Positions 58,256 through 64,000 of a stretch of 64,000 bases of DNA are shown here, piece after piece; position 1 is the stretch's first letter, and each line of letters begins with the position of its first letter. The notes under the pieces are model-generated. The model saw only the letters and a program-made list of their open reading frames with translations. It was not told the origin of the DNA and made no database searches. This DNA comes from Anolis carolinensis. Its lineage: Eukaryota. The stretch spans positions 7,316,001 through 7,380,000 of the forward strand of contig NC_085847.1 in assembly GCF_035594765.1 (NCBI RefSeq), read 5' to 3'. The position numbers were made by a program, and so were the translations under genes.

Positions 58256-58379
58256 GGAGGTGTCTTTAGGCAGAAAATGTGAAAGAGTTTGTCAAACTAC
58301 AAACTCTCAGCACTCCATGGCACTGTAAACATGCCTTCTCAGTTTTGGACTCCAACTCCCAGAAGCCTCCGCTTCCTGG

Positions 58380-58810
58380 GCCAAAGCGGCCGGGAAATCA
58401 GCCTGAGAGGCCTTGAGCCTGTCACTCAAGTCTAGCCCAAACTTTGGCGTTTGGGACTTCAACTCCCAGAATTCCCGCTCGTTGGCCGAGGCGGCCGAGG
58501 TTTCTGGGAGTTGAAGTCCAACACCCCTCAGCATCTCTGATCTACTCTCGCAAGCGGTAAACAACGCTGCTCCCGAGGGATCGTTCCCGGACGTGCTCTT
58601 GCCTCGGGAGGAGGAACTCACCATTGACGGAGAAAGCGACAACTCCCACAACTGGACTCACGCTCTCGCCTCCCGTTGCCTTTAGCCGGTCCTTAGCCCC
58701 ACCCCTGCTCTGGCTCCGCCCCTTTCCCCCCTCAGCGGCGCCTTAAAGGGACCCCGCCGCGGAGCTCCTTGCCCCGCCCCTTTTTGCCCCTCTCGGGACC
58801 CCGTAGCTGC
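58380..58810 (-). promoter_or_regulatory. SLC8B1: CpG island; probable SLC8B1 promoter and non-coding exon 1
   Basis: GC boxes; minus-strand donors GAGC|GTGAGT (58662/58661) and AATG|GTGAGT (58622/58621). The ATG exon at 52785 has an in-frame stop upstream and an acceptor at ~52845, implying an upstream exon. Confidence 0.6.
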
Positions 58811-58950
58811 CCTGGTTTCCAACTTTTTGGAGCACTGTAGAATGAATGCATTCTGACCCCACTTTTGCCTCCCCTGACTCAAGGCTAGGGCATTGCTAAA
58901 CTGTAGATCCTAGGATCCAATACCACAGAGCACTTAATAATAATAATATT

Positions 58951-59148
58951 GGGTTGCTGTGAGTTTTCATGTTCCAGAAGCATTCTCTCCTGACGTTTCG
59001 CCCACATCTATGGCAGGCATCCTCAGAGGTTGTGTGGACTGTTGGCAAGTGGAGTTTATATCCGTGTGGAATGATATCCAGGGTGGGAGAAAGAAAGAAC
59101 TCTTGTCTGTTGGAGGCAAGTGGAAATGTTGCAATTGGCCACCTTGAT
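58951..59148 (-). mobile_element. Penelope-like terminal-repeat fragment with a second hammerhead motif (58989-59029)
   Basis: Hammerhead segment identical to 58018-58058. Confidence 0.7.
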
Positions 59149-59176
59149 TAATAATAATAATAATAATAATAGTAAT

Positions 59177-59303
59177 AATAGTAATTAATAATAATAATAC
59201 ATCACACAGTCCTAGACACTTGGGAAGTGTTCGACTTGTGATTTTGTGATACGAAATCCAGCATATAGATCTCGCTTGCTGTGACATACTATGTCTTTGT
59301 GTC

Positions 59304-59305
<2 letters not shown>
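59177..59305 (+). mobile_element. R4/Dong LINE 3' end in (TAA)n
   Basis: TACATCACACAGTCCTAGACACTTGGGAAG... followed by a long TAA tract. Confidence 0.75.
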
Positions 59306-59361
<56 letters not shown>

Positions 59362-60397
59362 GTAAGTTTTATTTATGTCTCGCCCCCTCTCCCCAAAGGG
59401 ATTCAGGATGGTTTACAAAAAAGTAAATGAATATAATAAATAATATAACATAGAAAGAGATCAATTTCAGACCTACATTGAACAGCCTTGCAGCTTGCTG
59501 CCTGAGGGAATCCTTTATTGGGACGTATTAGCTGGCCCTGGTTATTTCCTATCTGGAATTTCCCTGTTTTCTGAGTGTTGTTCTTTGTTTACTGTCCTTT
59601 TTTTTAAAATACTGACCTTGAGCTGTGGCACTTAAGAGGGGCCAAAGTGCATTAATTCAACAGTGTAGATGCACCCCGGGAGGCCTTCCATCATGTTATG
59701 GCGATATCTGATCGCCAAGGCTTTGCTGCGGATAAATGTGCAACATGCAACAAACCCATGGTTTGTCGCTTCCTTGATTTCAGCCTAACCACAGCCCCAC
59801 TTCAAAGAGCTGCCGCCCCAGACCCAGTTGTCTGGAAAAGGATTTGCAATGCCCTGGGGTCACTTTGTGGAGGGCAAGTTGGTCGTGGGAGCGTCGCTCC
59901 CCTGCATTCCCATCATCGGATGGAATGAACCAACGCCGGGTTTCAAAACGGATTTTGAAACCATGAACCAGCTTTGGGAATTCGGCGAGCGTTTCTCAAA
60001 TGCTGTCAAGGTGTATTTTGTCACAAGAATCCTCTTTCAGAGTGCCAAACGTCCCACTTGGGCTCAAAGCGATGCTCCAATGAACCCTGGCATTCTGCAC
60101 ATGCTTCAGTGTACTGTTGTCATGTGCTTTTGAATTAAAACTCCTGGACAGAGGAAAACCCTTGTGAACTCTGTTAAGCCCAAACTTTGAATTAAGTGCT
60201 GGCCCCTCCAAGGACATCTCCTTATCTGGAGGTGTGGATGGCCATCTGTCGGTAGGGATTGGATGGTGTCTTCCTGCCTGCCATAAGTCAAGGTGAGGAT
60301 AGCTGTGCCAGGCTAGGCCATACTTTGGATTAAGTGTTGGTCCCTCTAAGGACATCTCCTTATTTGGAGGTGTGTAAACATAGGCTGGATGATGATG

Positions 60398-60435
<38 letters not shown>

Positions 60436-60620
60436 TTGGAAACAATAGACATTGACAAAATTACGATCTGTCAACTGCAAAAGGCCACCTGACTGGGATC
60501 TGCACGCATCATCCGAAAATACATCACACAGTCCTAGACACTTGTGTTCGACTTGTGATTTTGTGATACGAAATCCAGCATATCTATCTTGTTTGATGTG
60601 TCATACAATAAAATAAGAAT
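60436..60620 (+). mobile_element. R4/Dong LINE 3' fragment in (TAA)n
   Basis: Same family; further small ends on the minus strand at 62331-62402 and 62514-62570. Confidence 0.75.
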
Positions 60621-62570
60621 AATACTTTATTTTTATACCCTGCCTCCATCTCTCCGAGGGGACTCGGGGCAGCTTACATGGGGCCAAGCCCAGATAAAAC
60701 AAACAAACCAAAATAAAATATCAGAAAATACAAAACACGAAAATTCAAATGAACATTGTAAAATATAAAAATAACAAACATCATAACAAACATGGATTTG
60801 GCACCCAAGTAAAGAGGATAAAAACGAACTGGGTAAGGTGCAACGAGTGAATATCATCATAATCATCATCATCATTTAATTACTTATTAATCGCCCTCCA
60901 TCCAAGATGCTCTAGGCGATTTACAAGATAAAATAAAATGTAATATTGAATATTGTAAACAAGATGGTTAAAAAGATGCTACCGTCAACAGGATGGCCAT
61001 CTGTCGAGAGGGATTGGATGGTGTCTCCCTACCTGGTAAAAGGGGTCAAACTGAATGATCCCTGGGGGTCTCTTCTAACTCTAAGATTCAATGAAAGGCC
61101 TGTTTTGACAAGGATCAGACAGGAGCGTGGCTTCTGACCGATGTCCCCGTGCGGCTTCCAAAGGACAGCTGAACCCGAGGACCTTGCTAGTGGGGACTTT
61201 TCCTTGGTGGCGTTTTGTAGTTTGCAAAAGCTCGGTGCAGCAAAACAGCTCCAGCTTTTCCCATCGGCGCCACACCTTGGCAGTGTGAACCGGACGGCCT
61301 CTTCTTGGAGCATGTGATCCCAGAGACGAGCAATCGAACAAGGTGCCGTTTTGACCTTTTAAGCTCTTAAGGCTCTTATATCCCAAGGCAGGTCATAGGG
61401 CCTGGCAAATAAATAAATAAAATACCGCCAAAGCCCTTTAAAAAAAAATACTGGGTTGCATAGACTCTTAGAGCTGGAAGAGACCCCCAAAGGCCACCCG
61501 GTCCAACCCCCAGGAAGACACAATCAAAGTCCTCCCGACAGATGGCCAGCTTCCTTCTTAGGGTGTGTTTGAAAGCATTTGCCTTCAAGGCGACAATATC
61601 AATCCTTTGCTTTTAGGGGCAGCCCAAAGGAAGAGAAGGGATTCTCCTCAAAATATTTCCCCAAGGAAAACTGGGATCCATGTGGTCAAGCGGATCAAGA
61701 CTTTTTGTTTTGGGTTTAGAAAGGCATAGAGAGAAGGAACATGTTTCACAAAATATTCAGAGGTCAGGAAAACAAAATGACCCAACCAAAAGTATTGCAA
61801 GTCCTGTTTGGGAGGCCGAGGGATCGGTCACAAGACACTGGGAAGGGCACTCGCTTTGCTGGCATTATTTTTCCTCCTTCAAAAAAAAAAAAAAAAAGAG
61901 ATTAGTAAGCACATTCCTGCAGCAAAAGGAGAAAGGCGAGGACTTGCAAGAGTTCGCCCCTTCAAAAAATACAATCCAAAAAAACCCTAGCAGGGCAAAA
62001 GAGCCTTTGTCAGAAATTCAGAAATCCAAGAGATTCCCAAATCTGAATCCTGGGCGGCCGAGATAGTGAGACTTTAGCTTTCTGATATTTCAGCTTTCTT
62101 TTATGGGAAAAATTATTTAAAATATTGCACAGAATTATATACGGGAGATAAGATAGATGGGCTCTCTAAAATATACATTAATTATGTTGCTTAGATTTGG
62201 TTCCTACCTCCAAGCTCTTTCACGACGTACCTGCAAATATTCCGAAATATGAAAATTCCAAAAATCCAAAAGACTTCTGGTCCCAAACATGTCACATAAT
62301 GAATACTGTATCATTATTATTATTATTATTATTGACACAGCAACATAGTATGACACAGCAAACAAGATAGATATGCTGGATTTTGTATCACAAAATCACA
62401 AATTATTATAATTATTATAATTATAATTATAATTATTATTATTATTATTACCCTGCTTTCTTGGCTGGATCAAGACCCAAATGGCTCACAAGCTTAAACA
62501 TATAATTATTATTATTGACACAACAACATAGTATGACACAGCAAACAAGATAGATATGCTGGATTTCATG

Positions 62571-62623
<53 letters not shown>

Positions 62624-62734
62624 TGGGCCTGTTTAGAAGTTGTTCAGGGCCCCTTTGGGGTGGCCCAGGGCCTGTTTTGCTGACCCTGATTGTTTCTGTT
62701 CTAGAATTCCCCTAACACTAGCTAATACCTCCCA

Positions 62735-62993
62735 GGATTCCCCCAGGCAGGAAGCAGCCAGACTTTGAAGCTGAAAGGCCATTCAATGCTAATCAAGCTG
62801 ACCAATGGCAACATCCACACTTGCCGCCAACAGACAAGAGTTCTTTCACCCACCTTGGATATATAAACCTCACTTGCTTAGTTTCCAACGGACCTTACAA
62901 TCTCTGAAGATGCCTGCCATGGATGAGGGTGAAACTTCAGGAGAGAATGCTTCTGGAACATGGCCTGACCTCCCGGAAAACTCACAGCAACCC
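62735..62993 (+). mobile_element. Penelope-like fragment with degenerate hammerhead (62901-62941)
   Basis: TCT-CTGAAGA-TGCCTGCCATGGATGAGGGT-GAAAC-TTC-AGG; stems II and III are partly broken. Confidence 0.65.
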
Positions 62994-63345
62994 AATATAT
63001 TGTATTATTATTAGTATTATATTGATTAAAACAACCTGTTAAAATCGCCTTCAACAAATGAGTCCAACAGCCCCCTGAGGGGGAAATTTTAGTTTACTGT
63101 TATTGTGCTGCTTCCACTTTAAAGGCCGTGTACTTCTGGGGCTTGTAGTTCAGAGGCTCAAGAGTTTCGGGGCTGAAGAGGCTCAAGAAGGATGTTAGGA
63201 CTTCAAATCCCGGCATTCAGTGCGGTGTTGCTTTAGGCGCCTTGGAGTGCGTTGGGTGATCAGAGCTCCCTCTAGAGGCCACCCCGGCGTAGCGCCGCAG
63301 GGCACGGCTCAGTTGTGCGAGCGGCTGGGCGCTCTTCCTCGGCCC

Positions 63346-63563
63346 ATGGCTCCCGCTTGGCTGCTCCGCTTCTTCGGCCTCGCTTTGCTTTTGGCCCGTT
63401 CTCCAGCCCGCCGCCCGCCTCCCTTCCCGGATCCGGCTGCGGTGCCGACCCGGAGCTGCTCGGTGGTGCTGGAGCCCGGCTCGGCCGCCTTGAAGCTCGT
63501 CAACGGCTGGGCCCCCGGCGCCGTCGCTTGGGCCAACCTCACCGAAGGCATCCGGCAGAACGG
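63346..63563 (+). CDS. PLBD2: Phospholipase B domain containing 2, exon 1 (gene continues beyond window)
   Basis: Signal-peptide-like MAPAWLLRFFGLALLLA..., then RSCSVVLE...AVAWANLTEGIRQNG, matching PLBD2 AVAWANLTNAIRETG. Donor GG|GTAAG; synteny after SLC8B1. Confidence 0.9.
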
Positions 63564-64000
63564 GTAAGCAAGGCGGGCAGGCGCCGGCCAGCCCTCCAGG
63601 CGCTCTGGACTCCCACTCCCAGAATCCTCAGCTGCTGCGGCCAATGAGTAGGCATTCTGGGAGATGAAGTCCCAAACAGCTGGCACTCAGAGTTGGGGAA
63701 ATCTTGCCCTTTGAGCTGCGGTTTGGGGAGGAGAAGGCTCAAGACCTTGGGGAACTACAACTCCTAGGATCCTAGAAGACTGAGCCATGACAATATAGTG
63801 TCAGACTGCCTTCATCCAACAGGATAGGAGGAGAAGGTACCTTTCCATGCAGTTGTAATGCTAAAGGGTTATCAAAACTATCATGTCTAATTCTGGATAC
63901 TCTGATCATAGGAATGACTAGATATTTTGGATTTGGGCTCTGCAGTTTCCCAAGTATTATGGACTTGAGCCCTATATGTTTCCAAGTATTTTGAATTTGG

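Noticed and set aside
60186-60378. ~55-bp direct repeat
   Set aside because: Small local duplication around a CR1-like remnant, with no functional signature.
53349-60935. ~75-bp identical segments at ~53350 and ~60862
   Set aside because: 3' tails of the same LINE family with (GAT)n ends, not a segmental duplication.

Overview
Vertebrate (squamate) genomic DNA, most likely green anole (Anolis), inferred from Sauria SINEs, a SPIN MITE and (TAA)n-associated R4/Dong LINE ends. The window carries the gene block syntenic to human 12q24.13 / chicken chr15: probable DDX54 exon 1 (-), RITA1 (+), IQCD/DRC10 (-), TPCN1 (+, 27 coding exons, ~806 aa), SLC8B1/NCLX (-, 15 coding exons, ~586 aa) and PLBD2 exon 1 (+). 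I traced exons by hand from splice sites and reading frame. Orthologue comparisons are from memory of the human proteins, not from a search. Two assembly gaps are present (34020-34151, 41727-41902). The most notable observations are: (1) two U12-type introns in SLC8B1, one with non-canonical GT-AT termini; (2) minimal hammerhead ribozymes in Penelope-like repeat fragments flanking the SLC8B1 promoter on the SLC8B1 sense strand; (3) a VVNDW rather than VVNNW second selectivity filter in TPC1; (4) absence of the NCLX PKA-site serine (human S258); (5) a Sauria SINE with a 107-bp flanking duplication; (6) modular Helitrons, nested transposons and a fold-back scar with TTAGGG repeats. I found no wholly new protein-coding system; most ORF-track entries are spurious.
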